Origin: Felis catus
Lineage: Eukaryota
NCBI RefSeq assembly: GCF_018350175.1
Contig: NC_058368.1
Span: 33,730,001 to 33,794,000, forward strand
DNA length: 64,000 nt
Direction of reading: 5' to 3'
Below are positions 35,698-48,068 of the stretch, piece by piece; positions within the stretch are counted from its first letter, which is position 1; the number at the start of each line of letters is the position of its first letter. Position numbers and translations under genes: made by a program. Below the pieces are notes generated by a model. The model saw nothing but the letters and a program-made list of their open reading frames with translations, did no database searches and was not told the DNA's origin.

Positions 35698-38600
35698 TCA
35701 CTGGATTATTTGATTTTTGGATGCCGAGTTTGATAAGTTCTTTATAGATTTGGATAGTAACCCTTTATCCGAAATGTCATTTGCAAACATCTTCTCTCAT
35801 TCTGTCAGGTGCCCTTTAGTTTTGTTGAATGTTTCCTTCACTGTGCAGAAGCTTTTTATCTTGATGAGGCACCAAGAGTTCATTTTTGCTTTTGTTTCCC
35901 TTGTCTCCCCAGAGATATGTCTAGTAAGAAGTTGCTCCAGCCAAGGTCAAAGAGGTTGTTGCCTGTTTTGTCCTCTAGGATTTTAATGATTTCCTGTCTC
36001 ACATTTAGATCTTTCATCTGTTTTGAATTTAATTTTGTGCATGGTGTAAGAAAGTAGTCCAGTATCATTCTTCTGCATGTCACTGTCCAATTGTTTTCCC
36101 AGCACGATTTGCTGAAGAAACTGTCTTTTTTCCATTGGATATTCTTTCCTGCTTTGTCAAAGATTAGTTGGCCATACATTTGTGGGTCCATTTCTGGGTT
36201 CTCTATTCCATTCCATTGATCTGAATGTCTGTTTTTGTGCCAGTACCATACTGTTTTGATGACTACAGTTTTGTAATACATCTTGAAGTCCAGGATTGTG
36301 ATGCCTCCACCTTTGGTTTTCTTTTTCATCATTATTTTGTCTAGTCAGGGTCTTTTGTGGCTCCATACAAATTTTAGATTTATTTGTTCTAGCTCTATGA
36401 AGAATGCTAGAGTTATTTTGATAGGTATTGCATTGAATATGTAGATTGCTTTGGGTAGTATCGACATTTTAACAATATTTTTTCTTCCAATCCATGAGCA
36501 TAGAGTGTTTTTTCCATTTCTTTGTGTCGTCTCCAGTTTCTTTCATAAGTGTTCTACAGTTTTCAGTGTACAGATCTTTTACCTCTTTGGATAGGTTTAT
36601 CCCCAGGTATCTTATGATTTTTGGTGAAATTGTAAATGGGACCGATTCCTTGATTTCTCTTTCTGCTGCTTTATTATTGGTGTATAGAAATGCAACCAAT
36701 TTCTGTATGTTGATTTTATATCCTGCAACTTTGCTGAATTCATGTATCAGTTCTAGCAACTTTTTGGCAGAGTCTGTTGGGTTTTCCATGTTTTTTTATC
36801 ATGTCATCTGTGAAGGGTGAAAGTTTGACTTCTTCTTTGCCAATTTATATCCTTTTTATTTCTTTTTGTTGTCTGATAGCTAAGGATACAACTTCCAGTA
36901 CTATGTTGAACAATAGTGAGAGTGGACATGCCTAACATGTTCCTGACATTAGGGGAAAAGCTCTCAGTTTTTCTCCATTGAGGATGATATTAGCTGTGGG
37001 TGTTTCATATATTCCCTTTATGATGTTGATGTATGTTCCCTCTATCCCTACTTTCTTGAGGAGTTTTATCAAGAAAGGATGTTGTGTTTTGTCAAATGCC
37101 TTTCTGCATCTTCAGATGATCAAATGGTTCTTTTCCTTTTTTAAAAAAAAATCAATGTGGTGTATCACATTGATCAATTTGTGGATGTTGAACCAGCCCT
37201 GCAGCAGAGGAATAAATCCCACTTGATCATGGTGAATAATTCTTTTAATGTACTGTTTAATTTGATTTGCTAGTATATTGTTGAATTTTTGCATCCAGGT
37301 TCATTAGGGATATTTTGTGGGGTCTTTGTCAGATTTTGGAATCGAGGTAATCTTGGGTTCATAGAATGAGTTTGGTAGCTTTCCTTCCATTTCTATTTTT
37401 TGGAACAGTTTGAGAAAAATAGGTATTAACTTTTCTTTAAATGTCTGGCAGAATTCCCCTGGGAAGCCATCTGGCTATTATTTGTTGGGAGGTTTGTTTT
37501 TTTTTTTTATTACTGAATCAATTTCTTTGCTGGTTAGGGCCTATTACAATTTTCTATTTCTTCCTGTTTCAGTTTTGGTAGTTTATATGTTTCTAGAAAT
37601 TTCTCCATTTCTTCCAGATTGCCCAGTTTGTTGGCATATAATTTTTCATAGTATTCTCTTATAATTGTTTGTGTTTCTATGGTGTTGGTTGTGGTCTCTC
37701 CTCTTTCATTTGTGATTTTATGTATTTGGGTCCTCTCTCTTTTCTTTTTAAGTCTGGCTGGGGGTTATCAATTTTGTTTATTCTTTCAAAGAACCAGATC
37801 TTTGTTTCATTATCTGTTCTACTGTGTTTTTTGTTGTTGATCTGTATGATTTATTTCTCTAATCTCCATTATTTCCCTTCTTCTGCTGGTTTTAGGATTT
37901 ATTTGCTGCTCCTTTTCTAGCTCTTTTAGGTCTAAGGGTAGGTTGTATATTTGGGACCTTTATTGCTTCTTGAAATAGGCCTTAATTGCAATGTAACTTC
38001 CTCTTAGGACTGGCTTTGCTTCATCCCAAAGATTTTGGACTGCCATTGTTTCATTTTCATTTGTTTCCCTTTATTTTTTAATTTCCTGGTTAACCTGTTC
38101 ATTCTTTAGTAGGATGTCCTTTAACCTACATATATTTGAGGCCTTTCCAAATATTTTCTTGTGGTTGATTTCAAGTTTCATAGTGTTGTGATCTGAAAAT
38201 ATGCATGGTATGATCTTGATCTTTTTGTACCTGTTAAGGGCTGATTTGTGACCCAGTATGTGATCTCTTCTAGAGTGTCCCATGTGCACTTGAAAAGAAT
38301 GTGTATTCTGCTGCTTTAGGATAAAATGTTCTGAATACATCTGTTAAGTCCATCTGGTCCAGTGTGTCATTCAAAGTCATTGCTCCCTTGTTGATTTTCT
38401 GCTTAGATGACCTGTTCATTGTTGTAAGTGGGGTGCTGAAGTCCCTTACTATTTTTGTATTATTATCAATGAGTTTATTTATCTTTGTGATTAATTGATT
38501 TATATATTTGTTTTTTTCATGTTGGGGCATAAATATTTACAAAGGTTAGATCTTCTTGATGGACATACCCCTTAATTATGATATGATTTCCTCATCATTT

Positions 38601-38877
38601 CTTGTTACAGTCTTTGTTTTAGAGTCTAGCTTGTCGATATAAGTATGGCTAATCTAGCTTTCTTTTGACCTCCATTAGCATGATAGATGGTTCTCCATTC
38701 CCTCATTTTCAATCTGCAGGTGTCTTTAGGTCTAAAATAAGTTTCTTGTAGGCAGCACAAAGATAGATCTTGTTGTTTTTGTTTTTTAATCCATTCTGAT
38801 CCCCTATGTCTTTTGATTGAAGCATTTAGTCCATTTACATTCAGAGTGATTACTGAAAGATATGAATTCAGTGCCAT
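35698..38877 (-). pseudogene. L1 ORF2 remnant (endonuclease/reverse transcriptase), fragmented and 3'-deleted
   Basis: Start MALNSYLSVITLNVNG at 38877; pieces in ORFs 38270..38530, 38071..38340, 37112..37294, 36469..36789, 35880..36332. Confidence 0.93.
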
Positions 38878-38949
38878 GTGCGACCTGTAGAGTTGGTGTT
38901 TCTGGTGATGTTCTCTGGTTCTTTGTAGTCTTTGTTGCCTTGGTCTTCC

Positions 38950-39844
38950 CCACCCCCCTTCAAATTTCTTGCAGGCTGGCATACTGGTCATGAGTTCCTT
39001 TAGTTTTTGTTTGTCTGGGAAAGCATTTATCTCTCCTTCCATTCTGAATGACAGCCTTTCTGGATAAAGAATTCTTGGCTGCATATTTTTCCTATTTAGC
39101 ACATTGAAAATTTTTGCCACTCCCTTTTTCAGTGGAAAGATCTGCTGTTAACCTTATGTGTCTACCCTTGTAGGTTAAGGACCTTTTGTCCCTAGCTGCT
39201 TTCAGAATTCTTTCTTTATATTTTGCAAGTTTCACTATGGTATGTCATGGTGTTGACATGTTTTCGTTGATTTTGAGGGGAGTTCTCTGTGCCTCTTAGA
39301 TTTGGATCCCTGTCTCCTCCCCAGGGATTCCCCAGATTAGGGAAGTTATCAGCTATAATTTGGTCAAACAAACCTTCTGCTCCTTTTTCCTTCTCTTCTT
39401 CTGGGACTCCTATGATATGGATGTTGTTTCATTTCATGGAATCACTTAGTTCTTTAAGTTTGCCCTCATGATCTAATAATTTCCTCTCCCTTTTTTCAGT
39501 TTTATTATTTTCCATAATTTCACCTTGTACATCACCTATTCTCTCTTCTGTTTCTTCAGTGCTCATTGTCACTGTATCCAGTTTACTTTGAATCTCAGTT
39601 AAAGCATCTTTTATTTCAACCTGACTAGTTCTTAGGTCTTTGCTCTCTGCAACAAGGGTTTCTCTGGAGTCTTCTATGTTTTTTTTTTTTTCTTTTTTTT
39701 ATTTTTTTCAAATGCAGCTACTAATCTTATAACTGTTCTTCTAAATTCTTCTTCAGATAAATTGTGTATATCTGTTGTGAGCAAGTCCCTGGCTATGATT
39801 TCTTTTTGACCTTTCTTTGGGGGAGAATTCTTCTATCTTATCAT
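38950..39844 (-). pseudogene. L1 ORF1 remnant (inactive)
   Basis: ATG at 39844 followed by TAG at codon 4; C-terminal domain recognisable in ORF 38626..39120. Confidence 0.85.
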
Positions 39845-40221
39845 TTTGGCTAACTTTCTGTCTTTTGCATGTTTTAAAAGCATGTTATGTTTCCTGCACT
39901 TGCGAGTACTATTATATTAAAAAGGGGTCATACACTGTCCAGGGCCTGGCACTTCAGGAAGTGTTTATGGTATATGCTATGTACACTCTGATGTTGAGTT
40001 TTCCCTCTGATCAGTCTTCTGCAGAGTTCCTCTTTGCTTGCAGTGGTGGAGTGTTTGGACTTTTAACCAAGTGTGCTTTGAATTTTGTTGTTGTTGTTGT
40101 TGAAGTAACCCTGGAAAAAAGGGGGGAGGCCTGAGCCACCAAAAAGAGAAAATGAATGGGAACAAAAACAAACAAACAGAATCAAAAGAGTAGAAGGGTG
40201 GTTCTAAAGAACAAGAAAGAA

Positions 40222-40362
40222 AAGAAGAAGAAGAAGAAGAAGAAGAAGAAGAAGAAGAAGAAGAAGAAGAAGAAGAAGAAGAAGGAGGAGGAGGAGGAGG
40301 AGGAGGAGGAGGAGGAGGAGGAGGAGGAGAAGGAGGAGGAAAAAGAATAAAAAAGCCTGATC

Positions 40363-40414
<52 letters not shown>
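40222..40414. repeat. (AAG)~21(GAG)~15 and (GA)~24 microsatellites inside the L1 5'UTR
   Basis: Directly visible. Confidence 0.97.
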
Positions 40415-40417
<3 letters not shown>

Positions 40418-41899
40418 AAATAAAAAACAAACAAAAAACTCTGAGCCTGGTTCCAAAAGAGAAAGAGAAGAAACAAAGAAAAAAGAACTATGGGTGTCAT
40501 TTTGAAGCCCTGGATTTTCAGTGCACTTGGTGTATGGCAGGTGCTGGGTGTGCTGGTCTTCTGGAGAAGAGATCTGTTGCTTTGGCTCCAAGTCAGTCTT
40601 GCCCCAATAAATAAATGGTTGCCAGACATGGGTGGGGCAGGGGTGGAGGTGTTGTGGGGTTTGGTGTAAGCAAGTCCTACCTCCACTGGAGCCTGCTATG
40701 TTGCTCTCTGAAGTCCCACTGTGTTGGTGTTGAGGGGAAAATGGTGCCACCCCAATAGCTTGTCTCTGGACTGAGGATCTCACATCCTCCACTGTTTAGG
40801 CAGCCTTCACAGAATAGTGAGGACAGTCAGCTCACCCTGCACCACAGCTCTCCTGTCTTTTTGATTCTGCACACAGCTGGGATTCAAAACCCAAAATCTT
40901 AAAGGACCCAGGATCATGCAGATCCACTCCCCTCCTCCAGAGTAGAACCTGTCCATGCTGTCTGAAGTCCTCTGTCCCTGAGCAACAGCCTCATGCCTGC
41001 ACAGTGTATAGAATCTATGGTGTGGCACTGCTAAAGAAGAAAAGGTTATATTCCCTCTGGGTGTGCCTCTGTCCCCTGCTGATTAAAAGCCTTTGGCTGG
41101 CACCTGCAGTGTCTGTTATCCTTGGGAGGCAATAAACCCTCTCCCAAAAGTACTCCTGGAAAGGGAAAGGTCTTTTTCAGTGTCCTCTGGAGATCCCTAC
41201 ACTACGCTATGTTATCCAAGGCCAGCTCCCAGTTACACACTTCCAAAAGCTCAGAGTTTGAGCTCCAAAAACTATTTGCAAAAAAACAGACAAAAACAAA
41301 ACAAAAAACTGGGATTCTCAGTACTTCTCACTTCTCAGTCCATGGTCTAGAGAGGTTTTCCTCTAGTGGGAACTCGATGCCACATTTTGTCTACCCCCTT
41401 TCTTTCTTTCCTTTTTGTCTCTCCATGTAAAGAGTTCCCTCCCTTCCATGGCTCTGCTGTCTTTCTCTCCACCAATTCACTTCCACACACCTTCCACCTG
41501 CCAAGCTGTCTCCCTCCAACTATGGAGATCCTTCTTCCATTCCGCAGATAAATTTCCTGGGTATTTCAAGTGATCTGATCTCATTACAGCTGTGTTTGAT
41601 GGATGAGGAAAGCTCAGGGTCCCCCTACTTCTCCACGATTTTAAGTCCTTTCTCAAGATGTCTTATAATTACAGAATCATTTGGGAAGAATTACTATGAA
41701 TATATTGTAACATGTTTATCTGTTGTTACCAATGTTTTTTAGTTTATACGATGTAGTTATTAGTTAATAATGTAATAATCTAATGTTAAGCTCTTAAAGA
41801 AAAGCCCTATGGTATATTCAACCTCATTCATGTGAATCATCCTGCCTGCTATCCCTAAAGTTGCAGAAATGTAGATGCCTTCCAAATATCCTCCTTAGA

Positions 41900-42230
41900 A
41901 ACAGAATCCTAATTTTATTCAATAAAGCAGTGTTCCCAGCCAAAATAATACATTTCCCAGCCACCGCTATAGCTAAATATGGGCATGTGACTAAATTGTC
42001 ATTGCCAGTGACATTAAAACGACTATTTGGTATTTGGTAGAAGGCAATGTGGTCAGTTATGAAGCATACATATTGGTTATTTCCTGCTTTCCCCTTTTTC
42101 TTTTTCATAAAATGAGCACACAGGGATGGTGGCTCTACCAATCATCTTGCATTATAAATTGAGTTCGAGGATAGAAATAACATTTTACAAATGTGAAGCA
42201 GAGGACAGAAGGAACTTCAGTCCCTTGAAA
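41900..42230 (+). mobile_element. MLT1-family LTR fragment
   Basis: TACATTTCCCAGCC...GCTAAATATGGGCATGTGACTAAATT, ATCATCTTGCATTAT. Confidence 0.55.
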
Positions 42231-42819
42231 TTCAGCAAGCTTTTAAGATTCACAAGGGATACCATAATAATGTTGACGATGATTAGTTGTTGACTAATTC
42301 CTACCTCCTCAGAAGTTTTTCTGTACTGCAAAACTTAGCTGAAAACTACATTTCTCAGGTATCATTACAGGTAAGATTCTGTATTGAAAATTATTTCAAA
42401 ATTAGATGAATTTGTGTGAGGTTTGGGAAATGTTACCCTCAAATCCATCAATTTTGCCTTAAAATAAAACTGGCCATCATTGCTCCGTAGGGACCTATTT
42501 TTGTTTGTTTGTTTGTTTGTTTGGTTGGTTGGTTGGTTGGTTTTGGGTTTTGTTCAAATTAGATCACTGAGTTTAATATGACTGGGCTTCTCATTGTTGC
42601 TGCAAGATATTCTCCTTTATTGTCCTCTAAAGGCCCCAGCTGTGATATTCATTCGTGTATAGGTTTCATAACCCTGACTACTCTTGTCATTCAACAAATT
42701 CTGTTTATTCCCCAACTCCTAGTGACTCATTCCATTTCTGGCATGGTTATACCAATTTATACATTAAAAACAATCTTTCTATCCCTTTGGAATTTCCATT
42801 CTACTCAGCTCACCAATGA

Positions 42820-43400
42820 TGGTGTCATCCCTATCTCAACCACCTACTAGGCTGGTCATCCATGAAAGTAGACCTTGGTGTTACTAACAGCAATATTTTC
42901 ATAAATCCAATGCCATTCATCCAATTCTTATTCTCTGACCACTTCTTCCTAATTTTCAAGTTCATTATTTTTGGCATTCCCAAATCCAACATTCTCTCAA
43001 GTCCATTAAGAACTCCAATCCATTGATCCTATAACCTTTTAATTGTTACTCATTCACATGATTTTCTCTTTGCATTCTTTACTTTGCAATAGAGATCACT
43101 CTAAAATGTAAGCCAACGACTCAGTTCTCTCCTATGACTCTCCCCTTTGTTCACACTTTCCCAGTCACACTGACTGCTATGCTATTTTCAAACATGTCAG
43201 GAACATCCCCGCTTTAGACTTTTATAGCTGCTTTTTTACCTCTTCCCCAGATATTTAGTTAACTAAGTCACTCACCTCTTCAGGTCTTCAGGCTTTTGCT
43301 CAATTCTCATCTTCTCAGTTAGATTTACCTAACCAACTATATCATGTTTTTCTACCCTGCATTCCAATTCCTCCTTACCCTACTATTCTTTTTTCTTTTC
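42820..43400 (+). mobile_element. L2 fragments
   Basis: TTCTCTGACCACTTCTTCCTA, CCAGTCACACTGACTG...TCAAACATGTCAGG, CTCACCTCTTCAGGTCTT. Confidence 0.6.
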
Positions 43401-43410
43401 ACTCTCCCTT

Positions 43411-43921
43411 TTGTCTATTCATGCTCTAGCAAATTACCACAAATGTAATGACCAAAAATACCATGAATCGATTGTCTTATAATTCTGTAACTAGGATTTC
43501 AACATGGCTCTTCTTAGGCAAAATCAAACTGCTGGCAGGGCTATGTTCCTCTCTGGAGGCTCTAGAGGAGAATCTGTTTCTTTGCCTTTTCCAGCTTCTA
43601 GAAGACACCCACATTCTTTGGCTCATGACCACATTCTTCCATCTTCTAAGGCAGCAATGCTGGGACATCATCCTGATTTACTTCCATTGTCACATTTCCC
43701 ACTGAAGCTTTTCTGTTTCCTTCCACTTTTAAGTACTCTTGGGATTACACTAGACCCATGTAGATAATCCAAGGTAAACTCCTTGTTTCAAGATCAGCTG
43801 ATAAGCAATCTTAATTCTACCTGCAACCTAAATTTCCCGCTGCCATGTAGCACAGCATAACCACAGGTTTGGAGGACTGGGATGTGCACATCTTTGGGAG
43901 GCCATTATTCTACACACCATA
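43411..43921 (-). mobile_element. MLT1D-like (MaLR) solo LTR
   Basis: CAAATTACCACAAA...CTGGAGGCTCTAGAGGAGAATCTGTTTCTTTGCCTTTTCCAGCTTCTAGA...GGAGGCCATTATTCT. Confidence 0.85.
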
Positions 43922-43924
43922 CCA

Positions 43925-44800
43925 TGTATATATGAGTCTATTTCTTGACTAATTCTGTTCCATTGATCTGTTTGCCTATCTTTACACCAATATCATAGTC
44001 CCGCTTACCGAAGTCTACCATGAAAGTAAGCGTGCTATGAGGTAACTGAATATCTAACATAGTTTTTTAAGATTTAAAAAAATCTATTCTACATCCTATA
44101 TTTTTCTATATAAAGGATAGAATAAGCTTTTCAATTTACACACAAAGGTCTTTGGGATTTTTATTGTATGGCATTCAACCTATAAATCAACCTAAGGAGA
44201 ATTAAAAACAAAACAAAGCTGAGTTTTCTGATATACATGTATTATACTTTTCTTCATTTGTACAGGTCTCATTCATTTTCCCTTGGTAACTTTTTATGTT
44301 TTCATGTAAAAATGTTAAAAAAAAATTTTTTTACATTTCTTCCTAAGTATTTAGATTTTTGATAATATTGCAAATGCTTCAATTCTTGAGTCTTTCTTTT
44401 CAATTCTTTGATTTTTGTATATTGGCCCTGTATCCAGTGAGAAAGGTTAAGTTCAATTTTTGTTTTAACAGTTTTTTGTTTTGTTTTGTTTTTTTGCTAA
44501 ATTTCTTAGGACTTTTCTACATAAACATGTATGTCATTTGCCAATAGCAACAACAGTATTTACTCTTTTCTGGTCCTTGTGTCTATAATGTTCTTTTTTT
44601 GCTGTATTGCACAGTGTAGGACTCCCGTGTAATGTTGAATGGAAGGTATGAGAATAAGCAAATTTGCCTTTTACTCAATATAACAGTAAAATAATTAAAT
44701 ATTTCAGAACTAGTAAAAGGGTAGTTCTAGGAGTATCACTGCTACCGTTTATCAGATTGAGAAAGTGGGCATCCATTTCCAGTTGTCTGATCTTCCTATT
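43925..44800 (-). mobile_element. Ancient L1M ORF2 fragment
   Basis: TTCTGTTCCATTGATCTGTTTG, TTTTTGTATATTGGCCCTGTATCCAG, ATGTCATTTGCCAATAG, AATGTTGAAT. Confidence 0.75.
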
Positions 44801-45015
44801 GAATAATCACTTATCTTGTAATTAATTTAAGAATAAAGAAAAACATTATTTTTTTTATATTTAATCCACTACTTACTGTTTGGGTAAAATTTATTTCTTT
44901 TTCTAGATCAGATGTTTCTTTCATTTTATGTTATTCCCCTTCATACTTAAGATCTTCCCTCCTATAGTGTGATAGTCTTATGGTATAAGTGTGCATTCTT
45001 ATAGTCTAAGCATTT

Positions 45016-45230
45016 TTTTTTCAACGTTTTTTTTAATTTATTTTTGGGACAGAGAGAGACAGAGCATGAACAGGGGAGGGGTAGAGAGAGAGGGAGACAC
45101 AGAATCGGAAACAGGCTCCAGGCTCTGAGCCATCAGCCCAGAGCCCGTCGCGGGGCTCGAACTCACGGACCGCGAGATCGTGACCTGGCTGAAGTCGGAC
45201 GCTTAACCGACTGCACCACCCAGGCGCCCC
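45016..45230 (-). mobile_element. Young Can-SINE (SINEC_Fc type)
   Basis: 14 CpGs retained; TSD AGTCTAAGCATTT at 45003-45015 and 45232-45244. Confidence 0.98.
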
Positions 45231-45338
45231 AAGTCTAAGCATTTCTTATAGTCTAAGTGTGCTGGCTAAAAATTTGTTAAGTTGTTTTCTTATGTTAAAA
45301 TGTCTGTTTTGCTTTATGAGTTAAAATATACTGCTAAA

Positions 45339-45561
45339 GCGTATTTGGGTGGCTAAATTAGTTAAGTGTCCAACTCTTGATTTAGGCTCAGGTCACAATC
45401 TCATAGTTCATGAGTTCGAGCCCGACAATGGGCCCTGCACTGACCATGCAGAGCCTGCTTGAAGCTCTGACACAGGGCTTGATCCTATGAAAGCGAGACC
45501 ATGACATGAGCTGAAATCAAGAGTCAAACTCTTAACTTACTCAGCCGCTCAGCTGCCCCCC
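45339..45561. mobile_element. Two Can-SINE 5' halves fused in inverted orientation
   Basis: Plus-strand head 45339-45461 joined directly to a minus-strand head 45462-45561; no CT or poly-A tails between them. Confidence 0.8.
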
Positions 45562-45615
45562 TCTTTTTTTTTTGATGGCACTTCCATTTATGCAGTCCCC
45601 CAAGTCAATTATTTA

Positions 45616-45691
45616 GCTCAAACCCATGAACTGTGAGATCATGACCTGAGCCGAAGTCAGATGCTCAACTAACAAGCCACCAGGGGTCCCA
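45616..45691 (-). mobile_element. Can-SINE head fragment
   Basis: GCTCAAACCCATGAACTGTGAGATCATGACCTGAGCCGAAGTCAGATGCTCAAC. Confidence 0.85.
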
Positions 45692-46180
45692 AATATTGCC
45701 ATTTTAAACAACATGGGTATTATGTTAAGTGAACTTATAGGGTATTATATTAATTATACTAATTAGAGAGCGATAAATACCATATGAGTTCCCATATATG
45801 TGGAATCTCTAAAACAAAACATGAACAAACAAAATAAAACCAAAACAGACTCATAAGTACAAAGAACAAACTGGTGGTTGCCAGAGGGGAGGTGTTAAAG
45901 GAACAGGCAAAATAGGTAAAGGAGATGAAGGGGTACACACTTCCAGCTATAAAATAGATAAGTCACGGGAATGGAAGTAGAGCATAGGGAATATAGTCAA
46001 TAATATTGTAATACATTTATATGATGACTGATAGTAACTACATTTATCATGGTGAGCATTTCATGTTGTATATAAACATCAAGTCATTAAGTTGGACACC
46101 TGAAACTAATATGATATTTTATGTCCACTATACTTCAATTAAAAATAAAGCAAAGAATTAAACAAACAAAAACAAAACTG
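45692..46180 (+). mobile_element. L1 3' end (L1_Carn/L1MA9-like)
   Basis: AACTGGTGGTTGCCAGAGGGG...GGGAATATAGTCAATAATATTGTAATAC...CACCTGAAACTAATATG...TATACTTCAATTAAAAA. Confidence 0.85.
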
Positions 46181-47036
46181 TTTAAAACTCAATGACTATT
46201 AAAGATAAGTCACAAACTTAGAAATATATTTTACATGAAATTACTGGCATGTTTGTCAATGAGAATTTCTTGGAAATAAACTCTTAAAACTTCTCTAAAA
46301 CTTCCCAGACAAGTAACAGATAGGAAATATCTCTGAAAGGAATAATGTCAAATATTTTCTATGGGAAAGTAATAGACTATTATTGTAATGGGCTACTTTT
46401 TAACAGATAAAATTATGTTACTGCATAAAATCAAAATTGTCCTTTCAGTAACTGCTTCTTGAGGCTCAGCAAGAAGTAAGAACATATATTAACTGTGAAA
46501 CTGGAATTAAAAAAAATACATGCCCTTGTAAATGCAGAATAACTAACAGAAGATACAAACTCCACTTAGTGAGCTTGAATATAAGTTTTCTCCCATACCT
46601 TTAACAGGAAATTCATGAAAATTAATAATTATTCTATTTTCCTATATCTGATTTAGTTTCTAAAACAAATCTAGAATTTCTTAGGATAAAAAAAATTACT
46701 GAAAGCAAAATAAATTTTCAAGGACTGAAGATATTTTTTACTATCTTAATATTCAACTATGAAATACGTATTTCATTTCTTAGTTATAATTTCTAGTACA
46801 TTAAAAGTGAGAAGAAATACTACTTATTACAATTATTTCTCATGAAAACAATACAATTGCAATGTTGATGAGGCCCTTAAAATGAACCACTTTCAAAAAT
46901 CTTAGAAAGCTAAATCTCCTGTTGATTACCTACACTGTTTTCAAGGCCGTCAATATTTCTTTGTGTATATCATTTAGTAGTATGTGAAGTCATCAGTATT
47001 TTGATTAGTGTTGCCCTAGGTGACCAACACACTTTT

Positions 47037-47234
47037 TTTTAAGTTTATTTATTTTGAGGGGTGCGGGGAGCACAAGCAAGAGGGGGCAGAGAGAAAGGGA
47101 GAGAGAAAATCCCCAGAGCTCCTCACTGTCAGCACAGACCTTGACTTGGAGCTCTATCTCAGTGAACTGTGAGATCATGACCTAAGCCAAGATCAAGACT
47201 CACCTCTGAACTGGCTGAGCTACCCAGGCACCCC
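47037..47234 (-). mobile_element. Can-SINE
   Basis: TSD TGACCA(A/T)CA(C/T)ACTTTT at 47021 and 47235. Confidence 0.92.
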
Positions 47235-47290
47235 TGACCATCATACTTTTTTATGGACTAATCACTAAGAAAGATTATTTAGCTCCTTTT

Positions 47291-47517
47291 TAAAATGTTT
47301 TTATATTTATTTATTTATTTATTTATTTTTTATTTTTTATTTTAGAGAGAGTGAGAGAGAGCACTAGTGGAGAGGGGCAGAGGGAGAGAGAGAATCTCAA
47401 GCGGGCTCCACACTCAGCACGGAGCCTGATGCCAGGGTTGATCCCACATCCCTGGGATTGTCACCTGAGCTTAAATCAAAAGACAAACACTCAACCAACT
47501 GAGCCACCCACATGTCC
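47291..47517 (-). mobile_element. Can-SINE (older type)
   Basis: (TTTA)n tail, GA tract, CTCAACCAACTGAGCCACCCA; TTATTTA..CTTTT flanks. Confidence 0.9.
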
Positions 47518-47599
47518 TTATTTAACCACTTTTGAACAAAGACAAGATAGACCATCTATGGGTCTATCTATGGAATAATTTAAGAATTATTATATGTAA

Positions 47600-48024
47600 C
47601 GTGATGGTGAATTTAAGTGTCAACCAAGCTAGTCCATAGTACCAAGATATCTGGTTAAACATTATTCTAGATGTTTCTGTGAAGTTATATTTTTTAGATT
47701 AAATTGACGTTTAAATCAGTTGGCTGAATAAAGCATATTACACCCCATAATATGGGTAGTTCTCAATCAATCAGGTGAAAGCTTTAAAAGTAAAAAGACT
47801 GACTTTCCCTAAAGAAAGGAATTCTGCCAAGCAGACTGACTTTGGCTTTGAGCTGCAATTCAATTCCTCCCTGGATCTCCTGCTCTCCACTCTACCCTAC
47901 AGATCTTGGACTTGCCAGCCTCTGCACTCATGGGAGCCAAAAATCTTACAATCTTTTTCTTTCTACATAAAATCTTATATACAAACATAACATATAGTGT
48001 TGCTGAAATTATTGTAGCATCAGG

Positions 48025-48068
<44 letters not shown>

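Larger units (their letters stand above)
35698..41653 (-). mobile_element. Decayed carnivore LINE-1, ~6 kb, with 5'UTR, ORF1 and most of ORF2; 3' end missing
   Basis: ORF1 fragment (NMQPRILYPERLSFRMEGEINAFPDKQKL), endonuclease (MALNSYLSVITLNVNGLN, DHILGHK, SDHN), RT ([13 protein letters not shown] near 36800), C-terminal GGITILDFKMYYKTVVIKTVWYWHKNR; many stops and frameshifts. Confidence 0.97.

Noticed and set aside
39977..40792. 271-aa ORF, the longest in the window, and overlapping poly-K/E, poly-L and poly-F ORFs
   Set aside because: It lies in the L1 5'UTR and stays open largely because of stop-free microsatellites; no recognisable domain.
35698..41653. Active L1 or novel reverse-transcriptase system
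   Set aside because: ORF1 has a stop at codon 4, ORF2 is broken into many frames and the 3' end is missing; this is an ordinary L1 fossil.
42361..42376. Other CAG|GTAAG motifs (42368 and 25333)
   Set aside because: They lack a good upstream pyrimidine tract, and 25333 lies within an LTR relic; consistent with chance 8-mer frequency.
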